Source: Octopus sinensis | Lineage: Eukaryota | Assembly (NCBI RefSeq): GCF_006345805.1 | Contig: NC_043008.1 | Span: forward strand, 53,072,001-53,136,000 | Direction of reading: 5' to 3' | Length of the DNA: 64,000 nt | In this document: positions 24,296 through 37,229 of the stretch, piece after piece | Layout: every line of letters starts with the position of its first letter | Position numbering within the stretch: the stretch's first letter is position 1 | The notes under the pieces: model-generated | Database searches by the model: none | What the model saw: the letters and a program-made list of their open reading frames with translations, nothing else | What the model was told of the DNA's origin: nothing | Program-made: the position numbers and the translations under genes

Positions 24296-24296
<1 letters not shown>
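23258..24296 (-). mobile_element. R4/Dong-clade non-LTR retrotransposon fragment (pre-RT and RT start), interrupted by a Helitron
   Basis: QQNRLFRVDQKRFYKEING...RFWSDFW...NWKALGPGGVQSYWIKKF...GWTVL...NYRPMSYLPLMWK|*LTGI; stops and frameshifts. Confidence 0.85.
23296..23664 (+). mobile_element. Non-autonomous Helitron (Lep1-like)
   Basis: A|TC...ATATAAA + (GTCT/GTGT)n start; 3' CCCGAGCAACGCCGGG hairpin then CTAG|T; no TSD. Confidence 0.85.
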
Positions 24297-24356
<60 letters not shown>

Positions 24357-24367
24357 TTATTATTATT

Positions 24368-24403
<36 letters not shown>

Positions 24404-25140
24404 CATCATTATTATTATCATCATCATCATCATCATCATCATTATTAACTAAACAAACATAATCTTCATTTCTCACTTTAAAAATATACTTGAAGTTTTT
24501 TTTTAAATGTTTAAATAGCTATGTTGTTTGATTTATATATTTTCAAAGAAGACAGCCGATAATTCTATTGTGACTCGGAATAGATCAGCTAATTCTGTTA
24601 TTACTGAGAATAGTATTGGTAATTCTATTGCTACACTTGTTAACAAAGATGAGATAACGAGTGATTTGGTAGTGTTATATTACTACTACAGTTGAAATTC
24701 CTTTGACAAAAATTCTAAAATTCAAAAGATTTTTGTGAATTCTGACATGACACACTCCACAAATGGAAAATTCCATAAAGTGCGGTGGAAGGTTCCACCA
24801 TGTACAGCTGTTGTGTGCCATTGTAACATGTGAGCTTGTTAGCAATGATCATCAAGTTTTGATTTGTGTTTTTTTGTAATGTAAACACAAAATGGTATTT
24901 TTACAAGAAATCTGAATTTCACCTCTATGCATAAGTGTGTTGTTACTTGTGCATTACTTTGAAAATAAAATACTGATTATTTTTTTGTGGTTTGTTATGC
25001 CCAAGTACAATTCGATTCAAATATATAAATCAGAGATCTAATTACCTAATAACAGATCCAATGATTCAATATCTCAATGTCTGTCCTTGTCTGTCCCCTC
25101 TATGTTTTGCCCCCTGTGGGCAATAAAGAAATAGATATGA

Positions 25141-25363
25141 AAATTCTAATTCTCAGACCTATGTTCCAAACTTTTGACAAAGTAATGTTATGTTGCCAAT
25201 TAAATATAACTTTGAGCATTTAATAAGAAGATTCTAATTTTCAGACCTATTTTCCAAATTTTTGACCAAATAATAATATATGGAAATCAAGTATAACTTT
25301 GGGCATTTAATATAAAAATTCTAATTCTCAGACTTACATTCCAAACTTTTGGGCACGACTGTA
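25141..25363. mobile_element. Single end of a Tc1-like IR/DR element (three ~38-bp direct repeats, terminal ...CCAAACTTTTGGGCACGACTG-TA)
   Basis: DRs near 25142, 25231 and 25318; reverse complement TA-CAGTCGTGCCCAAAAGTTTGG resembles Tc1 termini. Confidence 0.6.
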
Positions 25364-25769
25364 CACACTTTGATAGGGCCCTGATACAGGACTTCCAGGG
25401 TTATGAGGAGTGTGGAAGCACCTCTTTAGTTACTATTGTTGCCAGATCTACTCTGAACTGGAGTAGTAGCACTCGTTGAGGTCCCGGTTATGGGACACTG
25501 GGAGGGAAGAACACCTACTTCTCATTAGAACTTTCTTCTAGAATGTAAATTTGTATTAAAAAAGCCTAAAGTACAGTTGGTTTCTATTCGTCTCAATGTC
25601 TGCTGTGTCAGTGTTGTTATAGATGATTGTGCTGAAATGTGGATGTGGTGCTGTGCAATATTTCATCCACTCAAAACAATTTCATGCACAGGAATTCCTT
25701 GGAATCTTAGAACATTTACATAAACTTACTGAGTTTAGGAAGTGGACTCAAACATATATATATATATAT

Positions 25770-25983
25770 TCAATATGTGACCGCATGTGTATCGTTGGCA
25801 ATTTACTTTCTCCATCTTCCCTTCCTTGGATCTTTCCTTTTTCTATTTTTCTGACAAAGAGCCCCCGCTTGAAACATTAAATCCTTCTTCTTTCTTTCTT
25901 TTCCTGAGCATCCAATAACACTATACTTGTTCCACGTCCTCGCATTGTTGTGTTTTCTCTTTGTGTTTTCATGTTTGGATTAC

Positions 25984-25985
<2 letters not shown>
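25770..25985 (+). mobile_element. (TA)n-flanked short repeat with CpG-decayed hammerhead at 25848-25881
   Basis: TTT-CTGACAAA-GAGC-CCCC-GCTT-GAAA-CA-TT-AAA. Confidence 0.65.
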
Positions 25986-26019
<34 letters not shown>

Positions 26020-26074
26020 AGTGAATTGAAGAAATGGAGTTGAACGAAGATTGAACAGAAATCGTTTTATTGCA

Positions 26075-26154
26075 TTCTACACGTGTTTCGAAAGGCACAA
26101 TTTACCAAATTCCGATTGAATAATGAGACCATATTGTGTCTTTCTCTTCAGGAA
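26075..26154 (-). ncRNA. Mirror-image identical hammerhead motif in the left arm
   Basis: Exact reverse complement of 26257-26336. Confidence 0.75.
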
Positions 26155-26256
26155 GAAATAGGAAAGAGTTTGGCCATGGGCTCTTAGGAGCCTCGTTCGA
26201 TTTGTTTTGCTCCGCCTCTGTTCTATTTTTGTTTTTTCCAACAGATTTCCTATTTC

Positions 26257-26336
26257 TTCCTGAAGAGAAAGACACAATATGGTCTCATTATTCAATCGGA
26301 ATTTGGTAAATTGTGCCTTTCGAAACACGTGTAGAA
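26257..26336 (+). ncRNA. Type I hammerhead ribozyme motif, intact core, GUA triplet
   Basis: UUC-CUGAAGA-GAAAGACACAAU-(31 nt)-AUUGUGCCUUUC-GAAA-C-ACGU-G-UA|GAA; stem II has 11 of 12 pairs; palindromic loop III; cut after 26333. Confidence 0.75.
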
Positions 26337-26547
26337 TGCAATAAAACGATTTCTGTTCAATCTTCGTTCAACTCCATTTCTTCAATTCACTAATAATATT
26401 AAAATTCAATTATCCGCACCAACGCACGGTTGCAACACCATATGGTTGTACCTCCAACTGTGCTGTCTTCTGCTGTGAGTTTTGCTACCAAGGTATCGGT
26501 TAAACTTTTGATTAATCTGCAACAAGATTATTCATCTTTCTAGTTCA

Positions 26548-26599
<52 letters not shown>

Positions 26600-26606
<7 letters not shown>

Positions 26607-26990
26607 CATCATCATCATCCTCATCATTTAATGTCCATTGTCCGTGCTGACATTGGTTGGATGGTTTGACTAAGCTGGCGTGCAGGAAGGCTGCACCAGA
26701 CTCCAGTCTGATTTGGCATGGTTTGGTATGGGTGGATGCCCTTTCTAACACCAACCACTCCAAGAATGTAATGGGTGCTTTTACGTGCCACCGGCACAGG
26801 TGCCATTTGCATGACACCGGGGTGCATTTTCATGCCAGCATGAGGGTCAATTTGTGTGATACCGGTACCTGCCATGACTGCGATTTTGCTCAGCTTGATG
26901 GGTCTTCTTCTCGAGCACAACATAATGCCAAAGGTCTCAGTCATTGCCTCTGTGAGGCCCAACACTTGAAAGGGACTCAGCCACCTTGCC
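26600..26990 (-). mobile_element. SINE with RTE-related tail, (GAT)n end
   Basis: Family motif GGTTGGTGTTAGAAAGGGCATCCA... on the minus strand. Confidence 0.7.
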
Positions 26991-27364
26991 TATGAATATA
27001 TATATATACATACATATATGTGTGTGTGTGTGTGTGTATATATATTTATATTTATATATACACATACACATAGAGAAATTCATACATGCATGATGGGATA
27101 CATGTTTAAGACAGACTTCATCTTTTTCAAAGTACATCTCAACTCATTAAAATGAAATTTTATTCACTGAAGGTGCTCAACAAGTGATTATAAATATTTG
27201 GAGATTATTCGGGGCTGTGATAACAAGCTGAACAGAAGAAAGAAAAAAAGAAAGTCTCTTAAGAATTTTTCATATGTCATAGAAATGAAGCTTATGGAAT
27301 GCACCTACATTTTCTGAATCTGTGTGTGTGTATAGATGCCTACATTATACATACATATGTGTAT

Positions 27365-27448
<84 letters not shown>

Positions 27449-27582
27449 TCATATATATATATAATGTATATTCATATATATACATATATATATATACACA
27501 TACATATATAAATATATATATACATATATATATATATACATACATATTATATACATACATCATCATCATCATCATCATCATC

Positions 27583-27615
<33 letters not shown>

Positions 27616-27628
27616 CATATATATATAC

Positions 27629-27691
<63 letters not shown>

Positions 27692-28344
27692 CATATATAC
27701 ATATGTATGTATACACACACATAAATATATATGTATATGTATACAAACACATATGCACATATTTAGATAAGTGTGTGTATACATGTCTGTGTGTGTGTAT
27801 GTATACTAACTCACACACACATGCATATGCATTTATTCAATAGCTAAGAAAACATATTAGTACATTAGCATTAGCATCATGCTACGGTGTTGTCATCGTT
27901 GTCGTCGTCGTTGCTGTTGTTGTCAATGTTTTTCTATGTCAACATCAATGTATTCCTGAATCTAATTATCCGTTTTAGAACGACGAGCGGCGAGAGGAAG
28001 TAATATTTCTGAGACAGGCTTTTTCTATTTAGTCTCTGGCACATTTTCGAGATAACTGAACAATGGCCAGTAAACTAGCTACTAGAGAACTGCCAATGAC
28101 AGATGATAGACAAGAGAATAAAACCAAATTATTCTGCTGTTTAAATGGAAACAGTTTCATTATTAGGTAGTTTTTAACCACTTGACTTACATGACAAAGA
28201 ATTGCAATGAAGCCGCAAGGCAGAAATGACACTGCAAGCACATGCATGGCTGTTTAATGAAGAAGCTTGCTTTACAGCTGTGTGGCTTCGGATTCATCCA
28301 GCCCCACTCCTTGGCACTTTCGGCATATATATATATATATTTAG

Positions 28345-28510
28345 GGAGAGTTTACGAAAAAAACAAAAGACGAAGACAGGTGGCGTACAAAACAAACAGA
28401 TGTATTAGTATAACGCTCAGGAATAGAAAATATCTTTTACGTTTCGAGCCTATGTTCTTCTACAGAAAGGGACACAGAAAAAAACAAAGAGAGAAACAAG
28501 GAGAGAAAAA
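28345..28510 (-). mobile_element. (TA)n-flanked repeat with minimal hammerhead-like motif at 28433-28470
   Basis: CCUUU-CUGUAGAA-GAAC-AUAG-GCUC-GAAA-CG-UA-AAAGA. Confidence 0.65.
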
Positions 28511-28754
28511 ATATATATATATTTATATCGTTTTCTATTCTTGGCACAAGGCCTGAAATTTTTGGGGAAGAGGCCTGTCGATTAGATCGACCTCCCGTAC
28601 ATAACTGGTACTAAATTTATCGATCACAAAAGGATGAAAGGCAAAGTCAACCTCGGTAGAATTTGAACTCAGAACGTAAAGACAGACGAACTACCACCCA
28701 GTGTGCTTCTACCAGCTCACCGCCTTGGGCATATATATATATAATATATATATA

Positions 28755-28800
<46 letters not shown>

Positions 28801-28815
28801 TGTGTGTGTGTGTGT

Positions 28816-29202
28816 ATGACTGTGGCCATTCTGGAGCACTACCTTTAGTTGAGCAAATCAACCCCAGGACTTATTCTTTGGAAGCCTAGTCCTTATTCTA
28901 TCGGTCTCTTTTGCTGAACCCCTAGGTTACAGGGATGTAAACACACCAGCATCAGTTGTCAAGCGATGTTGGGTGGACAAACACAGATGCACAAACATAT
29001 ACACGTACATACACATATATATATATATATACATATATACGACAGGCTTCTTTGAGTTTCCATCTACCAAATCCACACACAAGGCTTTGGTCGGCCTGAG
29101 ACTATGGTAGAAAACACTTGCCCAAGGTGCCACGCAGTGGGACTGAACCCGGAACCATGTGGTTGGTAAGCAAGCTACTTACCACACAGACACTCCTGTG
29201 CC
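28816..29202 (-). mobile_element. SINE family B, near full length
   Basis: Head, mid microsatellite and tail all present. Confidence 0.8.
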
Positions 29203-30045
29203 TTTTTCAATTGTATCAACCTCATTGATGATGCATGGAACAAAGCCAGACTTTGTACCAGAATGAGACTTTGATGGCTTTGAGACAGTTACAAGTACTG
29301 CTGCTGTCGAGGAAATTGCTATTGTTGATGATATTGTCTCTATGGGAACAACTATGGGCTTGGATGTCGAGAGTGAAGATATTGAAGAGCTGGTGGAAGA
29401 CCACCATACTAAGCTTACCACCAAAGAGCTCGTAGACTTTCAAAATGAACAGCAAAAGACTTTGGCTGAGGAAATGTCTTCCGAGGAGGAAGAAAGGAAA
29501 GGAGGATGTCCCAAGTTCTTTAATCAAAGAAATTTGTGCTAAATGGGGTGATGTGGAAAGATTTGTGGGAAAACATCCCCTTCATACAGTGGTAGCAAAT
29601 AGAGCAGTAAACCTTTTCAATGACAATGTCACGTCTCATTTTAGAAAAACTTTGCAATGCAGGCAAAAGCAACGAGCATTGGATAGGTTTTTACTGAAAG
29701 AAAAAAGAAAAGAAACCCCAGAGAAAGATTTACCTGAGCCAAAGAGACTGCAAAGGGAAGAAATCCCCCAAAAGACAGTTACCAGAAGTTTTATGGAAGG
29801 GGAATCTCCTTCTAAGAAATAACACACTATTTATGTGTTATTTACAGATTGAATAAACATTTTTATATTAAGCATATTAAGATATATAGTGTAAGCATGT
29901 AAATAAGCATTCATCAGGTGCTTGGAAATGAATTAATCTCTTTTGCATTAATTGTAATGGGGGGAAATGATTTGGTTCTTGAACAATTCAGTTTTAGAAC
30001 AGACTTTCAGAAAAAATTATGGTCAAGAACTGAGGTTGCTCTGTA
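29203..30045 (+). mobile_element. Tigger/pogo transposon 3' portion with right TIR
   Basis: CINLIDDAWNK...DFDGFE...MGLDVESEDIEELVEDHHTKLTTKELV...HFRKTLQCRQKQRALDRFL; ends GAACTGAGGTTGCTCTG-TA. Confidence 0.85.
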
Positions 30046-30242
30046 TATATATATATATATATATATACTGAACCTCAGTAAAAAAAAAAGAAAAACAATA
30101 AGAACTGCACTCAAATCGGTCTACTATACTCTTCAGTGCATTGCTCCAGCATGGCCACAGTTAAATGAGTGAAACAAGTAAAAGGTAAAGAAAAAAGACA
30201 ATATGATATAATACATTAATATTGCATTTATAAGGCATATGT

Positions 30243-30570
30243 GAAGGTGCATGGTTCAATGGGTAGATCATCAGGTTCACAATCATGAGGTAATGAGTTC
30301 AATTCCTGGACCGGGCTGTGTTGTGTTCTTAAGCAAGACACTTTATTTTCACATTGCTCCAGCTGTAGAAATAAGTTGTGACGTCACTGGTGCCAAGATG
30401 TATCAGCCTTTGCCTTTCCCTTGGATAACATTAGTGGCGTAGAGAGGGGTGGCTGGTATGCATGGGCGATTGTTAGTCTTCTATAAACAACTTTGCCTGG
30501 ACTTGTGCCTCGGAAGGTAACTTTCAAGGTGCTATCTCATGGTCATTCATGACTGACAGGTGTCTATACC
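30243..30570 (+). mobile_element. tRNA-derived SINE family D
   Basis: Head ...GAGTTCAATTCC; related copies at 43335-43553 (-) and 56165-56372 (+). Confidence 0.7.
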
Positions 30571-31055
30571 CTTTTAAGACATATATGATGCATAAGCAAT
30601 CTACCGACTATGATAGTCAATTAAATAGAAACAGAATTTAAAACTTATTCTTACTCTGCAGCCCAGTGCCAAATGAGCCATGGCCTGGTACTGGTCTGTG
30701 ACTAGATGGTTGGCAAGCCCGGTTCTGAAACATAAAGCAATGGAAGTGCTTAAGATTTCTGTTTGGAAACCAGCGTAATTATTTCTTGAGATTTTTTTGT
30801 GTTTGTTGCAAGATAAAGAAATAAATGCATGACAAATAAATTGTTCTAAATTCATGGGTTCTTCCTCCTCCAGGTCTCTTTTATGTTGCATGTCTTCTGA
30901 TGGATCACTGTCTCTTGTTCTGCTTTCCAACCATGAATAATTGACTGTAATTTAGATTCTAGGCGACAATTTCAGTTGGTTTGAAGAACAGCTAACCTTT
31001 CTGTACCCTTCTTTCACCTTCTACCACTCTCTCTCCCCTTCTCTCTCTCTCTGTG

Positions 31056-31099
<44 letters not shown>

Positions 31100-31194
31100 C
31101 ACACATATATATACTTATATATATATATCTTCATCTGTCTATCCATTCATCTAACCATCAATCTAGCCAGTGACTTATCTGTCTAACTCTCAGT

Positions 31195-31206
31195 CTATCA
31201 ATCCAT

Positions 31207-31274
<68 letters not shown>

Positions 31275-31279
31275 TTATT

Positions 31280-31312
<33 letters not shown>

Positions 31313-31470
31313 CATCCATCTATCTATTTATCTATCTGTCTGTCTGTCTGTCTGTCGATCGATCGATCTATCTATCTATCCATATATCCACTCACCAACA
31401 TATCTATCTGTCTGTCTATTTATCTAACTATCTATCTATCTACCTATCTATCTATCTATCCATCCATCTA

Positions 31471-31543
<73 letters not shown>

Positions 31544-31545
31544 TT
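31195..31545. repeat. (CTAT)n/(CTGT)n microsatellite
   Basis: Direct periodicity. Confidence 0.95.
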
Positions 31546-31894
31546 CTCTCCTTCTTTTTCCCAATTTTCTCTCCAACACCCCACCTCTCTCTCTCTCTCT
31601 CTTCTGAGGACTACACAAGATCACCATTATTTTTTTTATTGTCCTTGTTTTTATCCTTGTCTTGCCATTCTGGCATGGATTGGCTGAGGGCTTTGCAGTA
31701 TTTTACGGTTGACTTTCCTTCTTGATGTCACCCCTGTTGGTCACCTTTTAATGATTTGCAGGAAGATAGTGTCATTATCCTAAAAAGCCAAAGTGCACAC
31801 AATACACACGTATACAGTACACATGCATACTCACTCACACACACACACACCTATACACTCAAACATACACACAAAAACATATACACATAGACAT

Positions 31895-31957
<63 letters not shown>

Positions 31958-32100
31958 CACATACACACTCACATATATATATATATTTTTAGGATAACAG
32001 CACTATCTCTCAGCAAATTTTATTCTAGAACGCATTCATTGGGAAACCGATATCTGTTCCATGTCATTTATTATTATTATTATTATCATTATTATTATTA

Positions 32101-32164
<64 letters not shown>

Positions 32165-32389
32165 AGCAGTGTGCTGGCAGAATCATTAGCAGGTCAGACA
32201 AAATGCTCAGCCGCATCTCATCCATCTTTACGTTCTGAGTTCAAATTCCACCGAGGTTGACTTTGCCTTTCCTACTTTCAAGGTTGATAAAATAAGTACC
32301 AGTCATCTGCTGGGGTCGATGTAATCAACTAGGCCCCTACCCCAAAATTTCAGGCCCTCTGCCTATAGTAGAAAGGATTATTATTACTA

Positions 32390-32466
<77 letters not shown>

Positions 32467-32705
32467 TCATACCCAAACTAAATATATATATCTAATTTGT
32501 TTGATGATGATGATGATTGTTTATCCACATAATTGCTTTTATATATATATATATCCATACACACACACATATATATATATTTGATCAGATTGGAGTCTGG
32601 TGCAGCCATCTGGTTCACCAGACCTCAGTCAAATGTCCAGCCCATGCTAGCATAGAAAGCGGCCGTTAAATGATGATGATGATGATGATGGTGATATATA
32701 TATAT

Positions 32706-32855
32706 GTAGAATTCACAAAAAAAAACAGAAGACAAAGACAGGTGGTGTAGACAACAAACAGATGTAGTAGTATAACGCTCAGGAAGTGAAAAAGTCTTTA
32801 AAATTTCGAGCCTATGCTCTTCTACAGAAAGGAACACAGAAAGAAACAAGGAGAG

Positions 32856-32860
<5 letters not shown>
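32706..32860 (-). mobile_element. (TA)n-flanked repeat with decayed minimal hammerhead at 32795-32832
   Basis: CCUUU-CUGUAGAA-GAGC-AUAG-GCUC-GAAA-UUUU-AAAGA. Confidence 0.6.
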
Positions 32861-32899
<39 letters not shown>

Positions 32900-33460
32900 C
32901 ACACACACACACACACATGCACAATGGGTTTCTTTCAGTTTCCCCCTACTAAATGCATTCAAAAGGATTAGGCTGTCCCTGGGCTACACTCATCATAAGT
33001 ACCACAGTGAAATGGAACCTGAAAGCCTACAGTCTGGAAGCAAACTTCTTAATCACACAGCCATGCCTACAGCTTTTACATGAAATGTGATATTTTAAAA
33101 AAAAAAATGGCTAAATAAGTAAATAAACAAAATATTCTAACATGAAATTGACAGGAGTTTGAAATTGAAATATAAAACATTTTAAAATAGACAGCTTTAT
33201 ATTGTAAAATTGGAATCAGGTCTCAGACAGAATGGCATTAAAAGGATTAGCAGTTATTCATAGCATTGATTTGCTCAAAATCCCCCATGTTGTAGTATGA
33301 AATGGATACACATGCAGAGCTAGCAAAAAAATTTGTAATACTTGTAAGACTACAAAAGACATGGCTCAGTGATTAGAGCATCAGGCTTACAATCATGAGT
33401 TAGTGAGTTCGATTCCCAGACCAGACTAGAGTGGATATATGTACATATATGTATATAATT

Positions 33461-33667
33461 CTTTTACTCTTTTACTTGTTTCAGTCATTTGACTGCGGCC
33501 ATGCTGGAGCACAGCCTTTAGTCGAGCAAATCGACCCCGGGACTTATTCTTTGTAAGCCCAGTACTTATTCTTTCGGTCTCTTTTGCCGAACCGCTAAGC
33601 GACGGGGACGTAAACACACCAGCATCGGTTGTCAAGCAATGCTAGGGGGACAAACACAGACACACAA

Positions 33668-33700
<33 letters not shown>

Positions 33701-33806
33701 CATATATACGACAGGCTTCTTTCACTTTCCGTCTACCAAATCCACTCACAAGGCATTGGTCGGCCCGGGGCTATAGCAGAAGACACTTGCCCAAGATGCC
33801 ACGCAG
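33461..33806 (-). mobile_element. SINE family B, 5'-truncated, CpG-retaining
   Basis: Family similarity. Confidence 0.8.
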
Positions 33807-35559
33807 TAGTATATAGTATGTGTGTGTGTGTGTGTGTGTATGTAATATATATATATATGCCAAAGACTGTATATATGTAATGTAGCAATTTGCAACAACC
33901 AATAATTAACGCAACCAAACTTCTACATGTTACTTTTGACATTCTTTTTCCAAAGAGTGAAACCGGTAAAGTAAATAAACATCTATTAAATTGCATTTTC
34001 AAACCTTCTTTCGTATATATATATATATACACATACCACAGACTATGTCTTCATCAGAGATCAATGGACTGCCAAGAGGAGAATATATATATGTGTGTGT
34101 ATGTATCTATATGACTAAATATGGATATGTATGCATATATGTATGTTTGTTTGTATATATGTAGAATGGGTTTCATTCAGTTTCCATTTGCCAAAGCCAG
34201 TCACAAGGCTTTGGTTAGCCCAGGGCTAGAAGACATTTGCCCAAGGTGCTACATACTGAGATTGAACCTAGAAGCATGGCATTGTAAAACAAACACCTTA
34301 CCACACACCCATACAAACTTCATACCACAGAACCGTGCCTGCACATATATGGTGTAGTTCCTAGATATAGTATATAATAGACTTAGCCTTCTCCACAGAA
34401 TGCTGCTAATTAATAGGCATCACATTAATTAATAGGGATAACAATCTATTGACAGGTATCTTAGACAAAGGAAGAACAGAGAGAGGGACGGAGAGGGACA
34501 AAGTGGGGAGCACCATTGCTTCAAGCAACTAAAGATAAATAAGTTGATAAAAAGACGAACAGTAACCCTGGCTAACTGACAATAGATGATCAGTCCAATA
34601 TCATTAATCAAACGATCTTTAATGTATTCACTTGATGTGGTGCAAATAACAGCTGAATGCATTTCAAATCATAACCTACTATCTTAAAAATGAAGAACAA
34701 AATAGAAACATATTACATACATACAAACATACATACATATATATACAAGTGGACATACCCGGTAATTCTTGGGAAAGTGGGGCTTATCCCTTATTTCAAT
34801 TCTCATAATGTATGTAGCCCTTACAACAGTTTTTGTGCATTTATTGAGAATACCGAACTGTCTTACATAGGATTTGTTTTTTGGAAATCCCAATAAGTTA
34901 TGAATACCTAAATTGTGAAGTTAGTTATGTAATAACATGAAATTAATTACCTAAAAATAAGAATTCAAATATAGTGCAGGTGCTATGGGTTATTTCCCTT
35001 GACTATTTAAAAAATATAATGTAGGTGTTATGGATATTTCCCTTGGGTGTTTAAAATAAATAATTATATGAGGTAGATATAAAGATCACTTCCAGGGTCC
35101 ATATTATCGATTTTTTGTACAATCTAAGTATGCCATGAGGTTTCCAGACATGAGTTCTACTCACGTGTCATCAAAATCAATAAAACAATGTAGGAGGAGT
35201 TAGCTAACGTCACAAACAAACACACACCAATTTTCCACATATGTAGCAGATTCACACACACACTTATATATATATATATATGTATATATACACTTATGTA
35301 TGTACATGTTGGTCCTCACTGAGGCAATAATGAGTGAGCAAAACTTTTGGTAATATGACTCCTGAAGCCAAGTGAGATCATAATCATGTCGTTGCCAGTG
35401 TCATGAAAATGGTACCCAGGAAATTGTAATCATGGCCATTGCTACTGTCATGTAGAGGGTATCCGTGCCAGTGGTATGTAAAAAGTACCCATTACACTCC
35501 TGGAGTGTAATGGGTATTTTGCTGTAGTTCTTCAGTTTTCTAAGGAACTTTTCAGCACC

Positions 35560-35590
<31 letters not shown>

Positions 35591-36012
35591 TCTTGCATTC
35601 TTTTATTTGCTTCAGTCATTTGACTGTGGCCATGCTGCAGCACCGCCTTTAGTTGAGCAAATCGACCCCAGGACTTAATCTTTATTCTATTGGTTCTCTT
35701 TTGTCGAACTGCTAAGTTACGGGGGCGTAAACACACCAGCATCGGTTGTCAAATGATGTTGGGGAGACAAACACAGACACACAAACATATACATACAGAT
35801 ATAAATATATATATATATACATATATATGTATATACATATATATATTTATACGACGGGCTTCTTTCAGTTTCCGTCTACCAAATCCACTCACAATGCTTT
35901 GGTCGGCCTGAGGCTATAGTAGAAGACACTTGCCCAAGGTGCCACACAGTGGGACTGAACCTGGAACCATGCAGTTCGTAAGCAAGCTACTTACCACCCA
36001 GCCACTCCTATG

Positions 36013-36014
<2 letters not shown>
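35591..36014 (-). mobile_element. SINE family B, full length
   Basis: Family similarity. Confidence 0.8.
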
Positions 36015-36097
<83 letters not shown>

Positions 36098-36427
36098 TAT
36101 ATATATGTACTTGTATGTGCATACATACATGTAATTTTAATTTGATACTTTACGAGAACCATGCTTAGCCAGGCAAGTTTGCCAGATGGTTGCATACGAA
36201 ATCACATTTCCCTATGCATAAAGCATAACCAAATATTTTCACATGAAACCGTCTGGTAAATTTGGTTGGCAGAATATGGTTCATGATTATATATAACATG
36301 AGTTTGGAAATTATGCATACATATATATATATATATATAATATATACATACATATATACATACATACATAAATACATATATATTTGTGTGTGTGCATGTG
36401 TGTATGTATGTATGTATGTATATCATT

Positions 36428-36459
<32 letters not shown>

Positions 36460-37229
36460 TTAACATCCATTTTCGATTATGGCATTGCTTTAGATGGTTT
36501 GACAGGAGCTGGCAAGCCAAATGTCTGTGTGTGCTGAGCTGTAGTCAGCTTTGGTACTGGTTCTCTGGCTGGATGTCCTTCCTAATGCCAACCGCTTTAA
36601 AGAGTGTACTGTGTTCTTTTTACATGACACCAGCACTGACAAGGTCACCAAAGAACTTTTAAGGGAAGTACCCCCCCACCCCAACAGAGAGGAAACAGTT
36701 GGTACTGGGGGGATGTGGTTTTATGTCAGGTAATGAGAGGTTAAACTATAATAGGGAGACAAAAACAGGTATCATGGTCTAAGGAGATACATGGCTGTCT
36801 TTATTGGTGAGAGAGAGAGATTGACAGACAGACAGAAACAGAGACAGGAGAAGAGAGAGAGAAGAATGTATTGATGTGTTAGGACGTAGCCTCAAGGTAC
36901 AAGGGGGTGAATGTAAGTGAAGTGGTACTGGGTATTGGTCAGGGTGAATGAGTGGGAGGCTCATAAGAGTTTCAGAGAGGAATAAAAGAGGAGGAGAGGA
37001 ATTCAGTTAGAGGTGGATGTGGGGTTTTAGAGAAACAGAAGGATAGCAATGATACAGAAAGGAGAAGGACGACAGGAGGAGAGAGAGAGAGAGAGAGAGA
37101 TGAGAATGTGAGAGATGACAAGGAGCAATGGGAGAGAGACAAGCATATTGCATGAAGAGATGTAGCCTGGGTCATTTGGGTAGCATGTGTGAATTGATGT
37201 AACATGTTGTGGGGAGCACAATATACACA

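Larger units (their letters stand above)
26012..26399. mobile_element. Perfect 154-bp inverted repeat with 80-bp spacer; Penelope-like inverted pseudo-LTR pair
   Basis: 26012-26165 is the exact reverse complement of 26246-26399; each arm contains an HHR. Confidence 0.85.

Noticed and set aside
34036-34062. Minus-strand CUGAUGA-AGAC-AUA-GUCU
   Set aside because: No GAAA or stem III follows
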